DNA from: Planctomycetota bacterium
GTDB lineage: Bacteria > Planctomycetota > UBA1135 > GCA-002686595
Assembly: GCA_020847695.1 (NCBI GenBank)
Contig: JADLBP010000205.1
Span: forward strand, 22,530-86,529
Direction: 5' to 3'
Length of the DNA stretch: 64,000 nucleotides
Part shown: positions 1 through 8,037 of the stretch, in pieces
Position numbering within the stretch: position 1 is the stretch's first letter
Layout: the number at the start of each line of letters is the position of its first letter
Translations under genes and position numbers: made by a program
The notes under the pieces: model-generated
Told to the model about the DNA's origin: nothing
The model's input: the letters and a program-made list of their open reading frames with translations, nothing else
The model's database searches: none

Positions 1-2
1 TC

Positions 3-170
3 GACTTCCAGCTCGGATTCCAAGACGGCCGCCGCGGCGGCGCGCAGGACGGCGACAGCCGTCGTGGCGCGCAGAGCGGCACGCAAGAGCCGACGAACGT
101 GTTCACGCGCGCCGCACGCGAAGTGCGCTCGCTCGTGCGCGGGGTCTGGGGCATCGACACCTACGCCTGA
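3..170 (+). CDS. 3' end of an upstream gene, possibly hook-length control protein FliK (partial)
   Basis: Frame 3 is open from the window edge to TGA at 168-170 ('...RGVWGIDTYA*'). GC3 is high and the tail is Gly/Gln/Arg-rich. It lies immediately upstream of flgD, where fliK sits in many loci. No domain is visible in 55 aa. Confidence 0.3.
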   Translation, partial: DFQLGFQDGRRGGAQDGDSRRGAQSGTQEPTNVFTRAAREVRSLVRGVWGIDTYA

Positions 171-189
171 GAGAAACCAAGAGGAACCC

Positions 190-687
190 ATGACGATCAG
201 CGGCATCAGCGCGAGCGACCCGGTCAGCCTTTCCGCCGGCACGGACGCGACGTCCAAGCTCGACAAGGACTCGTTCATGAAGCTCCTGGTGAACCAGATG
301 AAGAACCAGGACCCGATGCAGCCCGCGGACAACACGCAGATGATCGCGCAGCTCGCTCAGTTCTCGTCGCTCGAGCAGATGCAGTCGCTCAACGACAACA
401 TCGTCGGCCTCGCCGTGCTGCAGCAGCAGAACGCGTTGCTCAATCAGCTGACGAGCTCCAGCGGCTTGATCGGCAAGACCGTCAAGTACATCGATCCGAG
501 CACCGAGACCGAGCAGTGGGGCAACGTCGAGTCCGTCAAGATCGTCGACGGCCTCGCGTCGCTCTCGATCGACGGCAAGGACGTTCCGCTCGCCAACGTC
601 GCCGAGATCGGCACGCCGCCGACCACCGAAGGCGACACGACGTCGGACACCGGATCCGGAAGCGAAGACGACGGCTCGAACGCCTGA
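190..687 (+). CDS. flgD: Flagellar hook assembly/capping protein FlgD
   Basis: ATG at 190 is preceded by AAGAGGAA. 'DKDSFMKLLVNQMKNQDPMQPADNTQMIAQLAQFSSLEQ' is the canonical FlgD N-terminal motif. The 64-189 extension in the ORF track is Arg-rich and overlaps the upstream gene end. Confidence 0.9.
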   Translation: MTISGISASDPVSLSAGTDATSKLDKDSFMKLLVNQMKNQDPMQPADNTQMIAQLAQFSSLEQMQSLNDNIVGLAVLQQQNALLNQLTSSSGLIGKTVKYIDPSTETEQWGNVESVKIVDGLASLSIDGKDVPLANVAEIGTPPTTEGDTTSDTGSGSEDDGSNA

Positions 688-717
688 TCCACACCACCAC
701 CGAGAAACCACCGAGAC

Positions 718-2652
718 ATGTCAAGCGCACTCTTCTCCGCTCTCTCCGGGCTCCAAGCGCACGAGTCCTGGATCACCGTGATCGGCAACAACCTCGCGAA
801 CGCGAGCACGCCCGGCTTCAAGTCGTCGCGCGCGCTGTTCAGCGACCAATTCAGCCAAACGCTGCGCTACGCGTCGTTGCCGTCGGGTTCGCTCGGTGGA
901 CGCAACCCGATGCAGGTCGGTCTCGGCGTGCAGCTCGCCGACATCGGCCGCAACATGGATCAAGGCGTGCTCGCGAGCACCGGCCGCACGTTCGACCTCG
1001 CGCTCAACGGGCGCGGCTTCTTCCAGGTCACCGACGGCATCAACACGCTCTACACGCGCGTCGGTACGTTCGGGCTCGACGCGACCAGCCGACTCGTCGA
1101 CCAACGCACGGGCTTCCGCGTGATCGGTCTCGACGGTCAGCCGATCGACCTCGACACGACCTCGTTGTTCCCGCCCGCCGAGACCGACGCGGTGTCGTTC
1201 GCCGGCAACTTGCCCGCGGTGGTCGAAGGACCGCTCGCGCAGGTGATGACGACGTCGTCGGGCCTGAAGGACGGCACTCCCGCGACGATCTCGAGCGCCG
1301 CCGGCCCGTACGCGGTGCCGGTCGGATCGACGTACACGTTCGAGCTCGTCGTCAACGGCGGCGCGCCGCAGACGGTGAGCGTGACCAACACCGGCGCCGG
1401 CGTCGACGCGACCGACGTCGTCGCGGCGATCAACGCGCTCTCCAACAGCGGCGTCGTCGCATCGGTCACCGGCTCGAACGAAGTGCAGATCGACACGCTG
1501 AAGACCGGCGCGGCGAGCACGATCAAGATCCTGCCCGGCTCGACCGGCAGCGACCTCGCGTCGACGATCGGCATCGCGACTTCGCTGGTCAAGGGCACGG
1601 AAACGGTCGCGACCGCGACGACCGACCTGAACTCGCTGACGTCGAACCAGACCGACTACGTGTCCGGCGACACCATCGACATCTCGGGTCTCGACTCCGA
1701 CGGCACGCCGGTCAGCGCGACGTTCACCTACGGCGCCGGTTCCGACGGCACGACGGTCGCGGACCTGCTCGCGTTCATCGACAACCTGTACCCGAACTCG
1801 ACGGCGACGCTCGACGCGACGACCGGCCAGATCCAGCTCACGTCCGACACCACCGGTCAGACGAGCATGTCGATCACGATCAACGACAACGCGGGCAGCG
1901 GTTCGACCAACTGGTCGACGCACGCGTTCACGGTGACGACACCGGGCACGGGGCCGGACACGGCGACGACGTCGATCGAAGTGTTCGACCAGGCCGGCGT
2001 CGCGCACACGGTCAGCTTCGCCTACCAGCGCCAGGACGACGGCAGTTGGGACGTCACCGCGTCGATCCCGTCGAGCGAAGGCACGGTGCTCTCGGGCACG
2101 GTGTCCGGCCTCGTGTTCAACGACGACGGCTCGATCGCTTCGCTGCCGTCCTCGTCGTCGATCTCGATCCAATTCAACGGCCAGAGCTCGCCGCAATCGC
2201 TGACGCTCGACTTCGGCACGCCCGGTCTGTTCGACGGCGTGACGCAGCTCGGCGGCGCGGCGAGCGTCTTCGCCGACAACCAGGACGGGTTCGGCGTCGG
2301 CGAGCTCTCGAACATGTCGGTCAACTCGAACGGCGACATCCAGGGCTTCTACACCAACGGCCAGATCCGCGTGCTCGGCTCGATCGGCGTCGCGAGCTTC
2401 GTCAACGACTCCGGCTTGCGCGAGATCGGCAACAACCTGTGGGCGGAGACGCCGAACTCCGGCATCCGCACGGTGAGCCAGGGCTCGCAAGGCAAGGCCG
2501 GCGCGGTGGTCGGCGGCGCGCTCGAGAGCTCGAACGTCGCGATCGCCGAGGAGTTCGTGCGCTTGATCGAAGCGCAGCGCGGCTTCCAAGCCAACGCGCG
2601 CGTCATCAGCACGACCAACGACGTGCTCGCCGAGCTGAACAACCTGCTGTAA
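718..2652 (+). CDS. flgE: Flagellar hook protein FlgE
   Basis: N-terminal 'FSALSGLQAHESWITVIGNNLANASTPGFK' and C-terminal 'LESSNVAIAEEFVRLIEAQRGFQANARVISTTNDVL' are rod/hook family motifs. 644 aa with a large central region. Follows flgD. Confidence 0.95.
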   Translation: MSSALFSALSGLQAHESWITVIGNNLANASTPGFKSSRALFSDQFSQTLRYASLPSGSLGGRNPMQVGLGVQLADIGRNMDQGVLASTGRTFDLALNGRGFFQVTDGINTLYTRVGTFGLDATSRLVDQRTGFRVIGLDGQPIDLDTTSLFPPAETDAVSFAGNLPAVVEGPLAQVMTTSSGLKDGTPATISSAAGPYAVPVGSTYTFELVVNGGAPQTVSVTNTGAGVDATDVVAAINALSNSGVVASVTGSNEVQIDTLKTGAASTIKILPGSTGSDLASTIGIATSLVKGTETVATATTDLNSLTSNQTDYVSGDTIDISGLDSDGTPVSATFTYGAGSDGTTVADLLAFIDNLYPNSTATLDATTGQIQLTSDTTGQTSMSITINDNAGSGSTNWSTHAFTVTTPGTGPDTATTSIEVFDQAGVAHTVSFAYQRQDDGSWDVTASIPSSEGTVLSGTVSGLVFNDDGSIASLPSSSSISIQFNGQSSPQSLTLDFGTPGLFDGVTQLGGAASVFADNQDGFGVGELSNMSVNSNGDIQGFYTNGQIRVLGSIGVASFVNDSGLREIGNNLWAETPNSGIRTVSQGSQGKAGAVVGGALESSNVAIAEEFVRLIEAQRGFQANARVISTTNDVLAELNNLL

Positions 2653-2721
2653 GCCCGCGTTCGTTCGCTCCCCGTCCAGCGACCGGTATCAGGGAGCCGA
2701 GCGAGCAACGGATTCCAAGTC

Positions 2722-2750
2722 GGGGCCGAGCGCCGCGCGCGCTCGGCCCC
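2722..2750 (+). terminator. GC-rich hairpin downstream of flgE (terminator or attenuator candidate)
   Basis: Perfect 12-bp inverted repeat GGGGCCGAGCGC / GCGCTCGGCCCC with a 5-nt loop, 70 nt after the flgE stop. It is followed by GGCGTTCGTT, so there is no clean U-tract. Confidence 0.45.
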
Positions 2751-2880
2751 GGCGTTCGTTCGAGGGGCGGGTCGAGCGGCGGCGCGAAAGGACTTCCGGG
2801 GTCGGCAAGCGTTTCGGCGTTCCGTGCCGACCGCGCGCGCGCGGAGCGCCCGCACGGGGTCGCCGAGGCCGATCGCGACT

Positions 2881-2895
2881 TGGCCGAGCGATTGC
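2881..2895 (+). promoter_or_regulatory. Sigma54-type promoter motif upstream of flgF
   Basis: TGGCCG-AGCGA-TTGC matches TGGCAC-N5-TTGC in the GG/GC dinucleotides and their spacing. It lies in the 258-bp flgE-flgF gap in the correct orientation. The motif ends only 15 nt before the flgF ATG, implying a near-leaderless mRNA. Confidence 0.35.
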
Positions 2896-2910
2896 TCCAC
2901 GGCGGGCGAC

Positions 2911-3612
2911 ATGGACCGCGGACTCTACTGGGGAATCAACTCGATGACGGCGTCCGAGCACGGGCTCGACACGATCGCATCGAACCTCGCGAACCTCTCG
3001 GTGACCGGCTACAAGCGCCAGGGCTCGGCGACGCAGTCCTTCGACGTCGTCATGCGCCATCACCTCGAGCGCCAAGTCTCGTCGCAGACCACGACCGACT
3101 TCGCGCAGGGCGAGCTGGTGCCGACCGGCAACCCGTACGACCTCGCGATGAGCGGGCCGGGCTTCTTCGCGATCGAGACCGACAACGGCGAGCGCTACAC
3201 GCGCAACGGTCGGTTCCGCGTCGACGAGAGCGGCACGTTGCAGACGCTCGACGGCCGCGCGGTCGCGTGGATGGACGCGCGCGGCACGATCGACCTCGCC
3301 GGCCCCGAAGCCAAGGTCGACCGCGAAGGCGTCGTGTGGCAGGGCACCAACCGCGTCGGACAGCTCAAGGTCGTCGACTTCGGGGACGCGTCGCGTCTCG
3401 TCGCCGACGGCGCCAGCAGCTATCGCCCGATCGGCAACGCTCGTCCTTCCGCGCGTCGCGGCGAGGTCGTGCAAGCCACGCTCGAGAGCTCCAACGTCTC
3501 CGCCGTCGACGAGATGGTCGCGATGGTCGCGCTCCAACGCGGCTACGAGTCCTCGTCGCGGCTGCTGAGCGCGATCGACGCCACGTACCGCCGTCTCACC
3601 TCTCCTCGCTGA
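2911..3612 (+). CDS. flgF: Flagellar proximal rod protein FlgF
   Basis: 'MDRGLYWGINSMTASEHGLDTIASNLANLSVTGYKRQ' matches the enteric FlgF N-terminus with the same spacing to 'ASNLAN'. C-terminal 'LESSNVSAVDEMVAMVALQRGYESSSRLL'. ATG 2911 is preferred over the track start at 2824. Confidence 0.85.
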   Translation: MDRGLYWGINSMTASEHGLDTIASNLANLSVTGYKRQGSATQSFDVVMRHHLERQVSSQTTTDFAQGELVPTGNPYDLAMSGPGFFAIETDNGERYTRNGRFRVDESGTLQTLDGRAVAWMDARGTIDLAGPEAKVDREGVVWQGTNRVGQLKVVDFGDASRLVADGASSYRPIGNARPSARRGEVVQATLESSNVSAVDEMVAMVALQRGYESSSRLLSAIDATYRRLTSPR

Positions 3613-3633
3613 ACCTAGAGAGCAACTGAACCG

Positions 3634-4422
3634 ATGATCCGAGCACTGATGACCGCCGCGTCGGGCATGAAAGCCCAGCAGATGCAGGTCGACACGATCG
3701 CGAACAACATCGCGAACGTGAACACCGTCGCGTTCAAGAAGAACGAGCTCGCCTTCCGCGACATGTTCTATCAGACGTATCGCGAGCCGGGCGCGCCGAC
3801 GGGCCAGCAGCGGATGTCGCCGACCGGTCTGCAGATCGGTTCGGGCGCGGAGATCGCGAGCTCGCTGAAGATCTTCCACCAAGGCGAGATCCAACCGACC
3901 GCCGCGCCGTTCGACATGGCGATCGTCGGCCAGGGCTTCTTCCGCGTGCTGCAGAACTCGGGCGAGACGCGCTACACGCGCGACGGCTCGTTCCGGCCCG
4001 ACGGCAACGGCACGTTGGTGACCGCGGAGGGCTATCAGCTCGATCCCCCGGTGCGCATCCCGACCGACGCGATCGAAGTGACGATCAGCGACGACGGCAC
4101 GGTCTCCGTGCGCAAGACCGAAGGCGGATCCGCGGAGACGATCTCGAACATCTCGCTCTACCGCTTCGCGAACCCGACCGGCCTGAAGGCGATCGGCGGC
4201 AACCTCTACTCGGAAACCGAGAGCTCGGGCAAGGCGCAACAACAGTCGCCCGGCACCACCGGCACCGGAACGATCAAGCAGAACGCGATCGAGCGCTCGA
4301 ACGTGACCGTCGTCGACGAGCTCGTCGGGCTGATCATGGCGCAGCGCAACTACGAAGTGAACAGCCGCGCCATCCGCGTGTCGGACGAGATGCTGCAGCA
4401 AGTCAACAACCTGATCCGCTGA
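3634..4422 (+). CDS. flgG: Flagellar distal rod protein FlgG
   Basis: 'MIRALMTAASGMKAQQMQVDTIANNIANVNTVAFKK' and 'IERSNVTVVDELVGLIMAQRNYEVNSRAIRVSDEMLQ'. The 262 aa length is typical of FlgG. Confidence 0.95.
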   Translation: MIRALMTAASGMKAQQMQVDTIANNIANVNTVAFKKNELAFRDMFYQTYREPGAPTGQQRMSPTGLQIGSGAEIASSLKIFHQGEIQPTAAPFDMAIVGQGFFRVLQNSGETRYTRDGSFRPDGNGTLVTAEGYQLDPPVRIPTDAIEVTISDDGTVSVRKTEGGSAETISNISLYRFANPTGLKAIGGNLYSETESSGKAQQQSPGTTGTGTIKQNAIERSNVTVVDELVGLIMAQRNYEVNSRAIRVSDEMLQQVNNLIR

Positions 4423-4432
4423 GGCCCAACTG

Positions 4433-5362
4433 ATGTTCCTCGCTTCGATGCTCCTCGCGGCCGGCGTGACGATCGCCTTGCCGACCGACGTGCGGGTGCG
4501 CGGCACCGAGCTCCGGCTCGGCGACGTGCTCACCGTGCAGTGCGAAGACGCGGCGCTGCTCGAGCGCGTCAAGGGTTACTCGCTCGGCTACGCGCCGGCG
4601 CCGGGCTACAGCCGATTGCTGATGGCGGCCAACATCGAGCGAGAGCTCGAGAGCTTCCTCGGACAGGACGTCGTCGTCCGCGGCGAGCAGGCGTGCCGAG
4701 TGTTCCCGGAGATCGAGCGCATCCCCGGCGCGACGATCGAGCAAGCGGCGCGCAAGGAGCTCGAGCAGACGCTGCTCGGCCGCGACGCGAAGGTGACGCT
4801 GGTCGAGTCGGTCGGCGGCATCGACGTGCCTGCGGGCAGCGCGCCCGCGACGTTCGCCCCGCGCATCACCGCCGACGCTCTGCGCTCGGGCGCGTTCTCG
4901 GTGCCGGTCGAGGTGCGCGTCGACGGCAGCGCGTATCGCACCGTCTGGACGAACTGGCGCCTCGACCTGTGGGAGCTGCGTCCGGTGCTCGTCCGCCCGG
5001 TGAAGACCGGCGACACGATCACGGGCGACATGCTCGTCGAGAAGCGCGTCGCGCTCGACGGCTCGAACGCGAAGCGTCTCGACGCTCGTCAGATCATCGG
5101 TGCGGTCGCGTCGCGCAACCTCGCCGCGCAGTCGGCGGTGGTCGAGGCCGACCTGATCCGCCCCTCGGTCGTGCGCAAGGGCGACGCGCTCTTCCTCTCG
5201 ATCCGCAAGGGAGCGATCAACGCGCGCGTCGCGGCGATCGCCCAGGAGAACGGCGCGCTCGGGGACCGCATCCGACTCGAGCTCGTCGACACGAAACGCG
5301 TTCTGACCGCCGTCGTGATGGCGCGCGACACGGCCGAGATCGATCTCGCACCCAAGCTCTGA
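4433..5362 (+). CDS. flgA: Flagellar P-ring assembly chaperone FlgA
   Basis: Sits between flgG and flgH. Has a hydrophobic N-terminal signal-like segment. The C-terminal region 'VVRKGDALFLSIRKGAINARVAAIAQENGALGDRIRL' is SAF/FlgA-like. Confidence 0.75.
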   Translation: MFLASMLLAAGVTIALPTDVRVRGTELRLGDVLTVQCEDAALLERVKGYSLGYAPAPGYSRLLMAANIERELESFLGQDVVVRGEQACRVFPEIERIPGATIEQAARKELEQTLLGRDAKVTLVESVGGIDVPAGSAPATFAPRITADALRSGAFSVPVEVRVDGSAYRTVWTNWRLDLWELRPVLVRPVKTGDTITGDMLVEKRVALDGSNAKRLDARQIIGAVASRNLAAQSAVVEADLIRPSVVRKGDALFLSIRKGAINARVAAIAQENGALGDRIRLELVDTKRVLTAVVMARDTAEIDLAPKL

Positions 5363-5372
5363 GGAACGACCC

Positions 5373-5978
5373 ATGCTCCACCACCTGCCGTTCGTCTTCC
5401 TGATGCTCTGCGCGCCGCAAGATCGCCCGGGCTCGATCTACAAGCCCGATCGCGGACCCGCCTCGATGATCCAGGACAAGATCGCGACGCGCCCCGGCGA
5501 CATCGTCACCGTCGTGATCAACGAGTCGCAAGCGCTGAAGAACGAGGAATCGACCGACCTCTCGCGCGCGACGAACCTCAACTACAAGCTCAACCTCTTC
5601 GACATCAAGCCGAACGCGTTCACGACCCTTCCGAAGGTCGACGCGGACTCCACCGACGGTTTCGTCGGCAGCGGCAGCTATCAGAAGACCGGCGAATTCA
5701 CCGCGCGGCTCGCCGCGGTCGTCGTCGACGTGCTGCCGAACGGGAACATGGTCCTCTCGGGCCGTCGCGAGATCCACATCGAGGACGACACCAAGCTGAT
5801 CGAGTTCACCGGCATCGTCCGTCGCTACGACATCCGCGCGGACAACACGGTGGCGAGCGAGCTCGTCGCGAACGCGCAGGTCACGTACCGCGGTTCGGGC
5901 CCGTTGACCGAGCACACCAAGCGCTACGGCGTCGGCGGGATGATCCACCGCGCGATCGGCTGGCTGTGGCCGTTCTGA
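5373..5978 (+). CDS. flgH: Flagellar L-ring lipoprotein FlgH
   Basis: Lipobox-like 'FLMLCAP'. 'PGDIVTVVINESQALKNEE' and 'NGNMVLSGRREIHIEDDTKLIEFTGIVRRYDI' are FlgH-type motifs. Confidence 0.9.
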   Translation: MLHHLPFVFLMLCAPQDRPGSIYKPDRGPASMIQDKIATRPGDIVTVVINESQALKNEESTDLSRATNLNYKLNLFDIKPNAFTTLPKVDADSTDGFVGSGSYQKTGEFTARLAAVVVDVLPNGNMVLSGRREIHIEDDTKLIEFTGIVRRYDIRADNTVASELVANAQVTYRGSGPLTEHTKRYGVGGMIHRAIGWLWPF

Positions 5979-6000
5979 TCGGAACACGGGAAAGCACCTC

Positions 6001-7236
6001 ATGATCCTCGCCCTCCTGCTCGCCCTCGCCGTCCAAGCGCCGGTGCCCCAGACTCCGCCGAAGAGCGACGTGCTCGTCGCTCCGCGCGGCGGGATCGAAG
6101 CTCCGACGCAACCGCGCCGCAAGTCTGGCGCGTCGGTCACGACGCTTCCGCGCGTCGAGCGCACGCCCGGTCGCGGCGCGGCGGGTCGCGTGCTCGCGAC
6201 CGTCGAGAGCCTGGTCGAAGTGCGCGGTCAGGAAGACAACGCGCTGGTCGGGCTCGGGCTCGTCACCGGCCTCGCCGGCACCGGCGACTCGGCGAACATG
6301 GTCCGCGGCGTGCTCGACAACATGCTGCGCACGCACAACATCAAGATCGACGTCCAGCAGCTCTCGCCGAAGAACGTCGCACTGGTGCGCGTCGAAGCGG
6401 TGCTGCCGCCGGGGATCAAGCCGGGTCAGCGCATCGACGTCCGCGTCTCGACGCTCGGCGACGCGAAGAGCATCGAGAACGGCACGCTCGCGCTGACCGA
6501 GCTCACCGACATCACCGGTCAGATCGTCTTCGCGACCGCGCAGGGTCCGGTGACCGTCGGCGGCTTCTCCGTGCAAGGCGAAGGCGCGAGCGCGCAGAAG
6601 AACTCGGTCACCGTCGGCGTCCTGCCGCTCGGGGGAAAGGTCGAACGCGCGGTCGAGTCGCAGCTCGTCAGCGAGAACGGCTTCATCTACCTCGACGCGC
6701 GCGCCGCGCACGGCTCGTTCGGCAACATGGTGCGCATCACGGAGACGGTCAACGCGCTCTTCCCCGGCGCCGCGACGCCGGAGGCCGACGGGCGCGCGGT
6801 GCGCATCGAAGTTCCGAGCGATCTGCCGGAGTCCGAGCACGTCGCCTACCTCGCCGCGATCCTGAAGCGCGAGATCGAGGCCGACAGCGTTCCGCGCGTC
6901 GTCATCAACGAGCGCACCGGCGTGATTGTGATGGGTGAGGGCGTCCGGCTGCGTCCGGGCGCGGTGACGCACGGCGCGCTGACGGTCACCGTCGCGGAAT
7001 CGCCCGAGGTCAGCCAGCCGGGCCCGCTCTCGGCCGGTCAGACCAAGGAAACGCCGCGCACCGACCTCAACGTCACCGAGGAGAACAACGGGCTGACGCT
7101 GATCAACGGCGCGGTGACGCTGCAGGAAGTCGTCGAGGTGCTCAACGTGCTCGGCACGACGCCGCGCGACCTGATCAGCATCCTCGAAGCGATGTCCCAA
7201 GCGGGCCTGCTGCTCGCGAACGTGGAGCGCATGTGA
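6001..7236 (+). CDS. flgI: Flagellar P-ring protein FlgI
   Basis: Signal peptide, then 'NALVGLGLVTGLAGTGDS', 'VVINERTGVIVMGEGVRL' and 'LQEVVEVLNVLGTTPRDLISILEAMSQAGLL'. Confidence 0.95.
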   Translation: MILALLLALAVQAPVPQTPPKSDVLVAPRGGIEAPTQPRRKSGASVTTLPRVERTPGRGAAGRVLATVESLVEVRGQEDNALVGLGLVTGLAGTGDSANMVRGVLDNMLRTHNIKIDVQQLSPKNVALVRVEAVLPPGIKPGQRIDVRVSTLGDAKSIENGTLALTELTDITGQIVFATAQGPVTVGGFSVQGEGASAQKNSVTVGVLPLGGKVERAVESQLVSENGFIYLDARAAHGSFGNMVRITETVNALFPGAATPEADGRAVRIEVPSDLPESEHVAYLAAILKREIEADSVPRVVINERTGVIVMGEGVRLRPGAVTHGALTVTVAESPEVSQPGPLSAGQTKETPRTDLNVTEENNGLTLINGAVTLQEVVEVLNVLGTTPRDLISILEAMSQAGLLLANVERM

Positions 7237-7562
7237 TGCAAGACGTCGGCAATCTCCAGACCGCGCACGTGCTCGATCTCTTCTCGCCGCAGAAGCTGCG
7301 CGCGGCGGAAGCGCTGGAGCACGACGGCGCGGAGACCGCGGCGAAGCGCTTCGAGTCGTTGCTCGCGACGCAGCTCGTCAAGGAGATGCGCCGTTCGCTC
7401 GACGAGGGCTTCTTCGGCAGCGGTCCGGGCTCGGAAGTGTTCGACGGCTGGCTCGACGAGCATCTCGGCGAAGCCCTGGCGAAGGGCCGCGGGCTCGGTC
7501 TGCGCGACTCGATCGCGCACAACCTCGGCGAACTCGCCGCGGGCGAGGAGAAGAAGCCGTGA
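7236..7562 (+). CDS. flgJ: Rod-binding protein (FlgJ N-terminal domain only, no muramidase domain)
   Basis: 108 aa. 'RFESLLATQLVKEMRRS...FGSGPGSEVFDGWLDEHLGEALAKGRGLGL' fits the rod-binding motif. TGATG overlap with flgI (alternative GTG at 7233). No glycoside hydrolase part. Confidence 0.75.
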   Translation: MQDVGNLQTAHVLDLFSPQKLRAAEALEHDGAETAAKRFESLLATQLVKEMRRSLDEGFFGSGPGSEVFDGWLDEHLGEALAKGRGLGLRDSIAHNLGELAAGEEKKP

Positions 7563-8035
7563 AGGAGCTCAAGACGCTGCTTCGACACCTCGAAGCGCAC
7601 TTGCAGGACGAGATCGCGGCGCAGGAGCGCACGCTCGCGTTGCTCGCCGACGAGGAGACCGCGTTGCGCGGCCGCGATCCGGCGCTCGTCCTCGAACGGA
7701 CGACGGCGCTCGAGCGCGAGCTCCAGGGCGGCGTCGCGCGCGCGCGGCGCCGCGACGAGCTGCTGACGGCGCTCGGGAACCTCTGGGGCGTGCCGGCGGC
7801 GACGCTGACGCTGACGAGCATCGCGGAACGCGCGGGCTCGGAAGGCGAGCGCGTGCTCCGGATGCGCGGTGAGCTGCGCGAACGCAGCGCGAAGAGCGTC
7901 AAGCTCGCGCGTCGCGTCGGAGCGCTCGCTCGCACGCACCAACGCTTCTTCTCGGACGTGCTTCAGACGCTCTTCGGTGAGCTCGGTGCGACCGACGCGC
8001 GCGTCGGCGGCCGTTTGGTGGACGCGGAGGCCTGA
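7559..8035 (+). CDS. flgN: Probable FlgK/FlgL export chaperone FlgN
   Basis: GTGA overlap with flgJ and directly precedes flgK. 158 aa all-helical protein with 'LLRHLEAHLQDEIAAQERTLALL'. Assigned mainly by position and composition. Confidence 0.55.
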   Translation: MKELKTLLRHLEAHLQDEIAAQERTLALLADEETALRGRDPALVLERTTALERELQGGVARARRRDELLTALGNLWGVPAATLTLTSIAERAGSEGERVLRMRGELRERSAKSVKLARRVGALARTHQRFFSDVLQTLFGELGATDARVGGRLVDAEA

Positions 8036-8037
8036 CC

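Noticed and set aside
64-189. N-terminal extensions in the ORF track (flgD 64-189; also flgF 2824-2910, fliC3 52285-52509, fliD 56437-56538, FleQ-like 49762-49959)
   Set aside because: The extensions are Arg/Pro-rich and have no homology to the family N-termini. Internal ATGs coincide exactly with conserved N-terminal motifs, and for flgD with a Shine-Dalgarno sequence.
2868-2875. GCCGATCG resembling a sigma28 -10 element upstream of flgF
   Set aside because: No TAAA/TCAA-like -35 element lies at 15-17 nt upstream, and the last two positions do not match.
516-3629. 1037-aa ORF spanning flgD, flgE and flgF in another frame
   Set aside because: The translation is dominated by Arg, Ala, Gly and Asp with no motifs. 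It overlaps three genes that carry unmistakable flagellar signatures. This is the typical open alternative frame of very GC-rich DNA.
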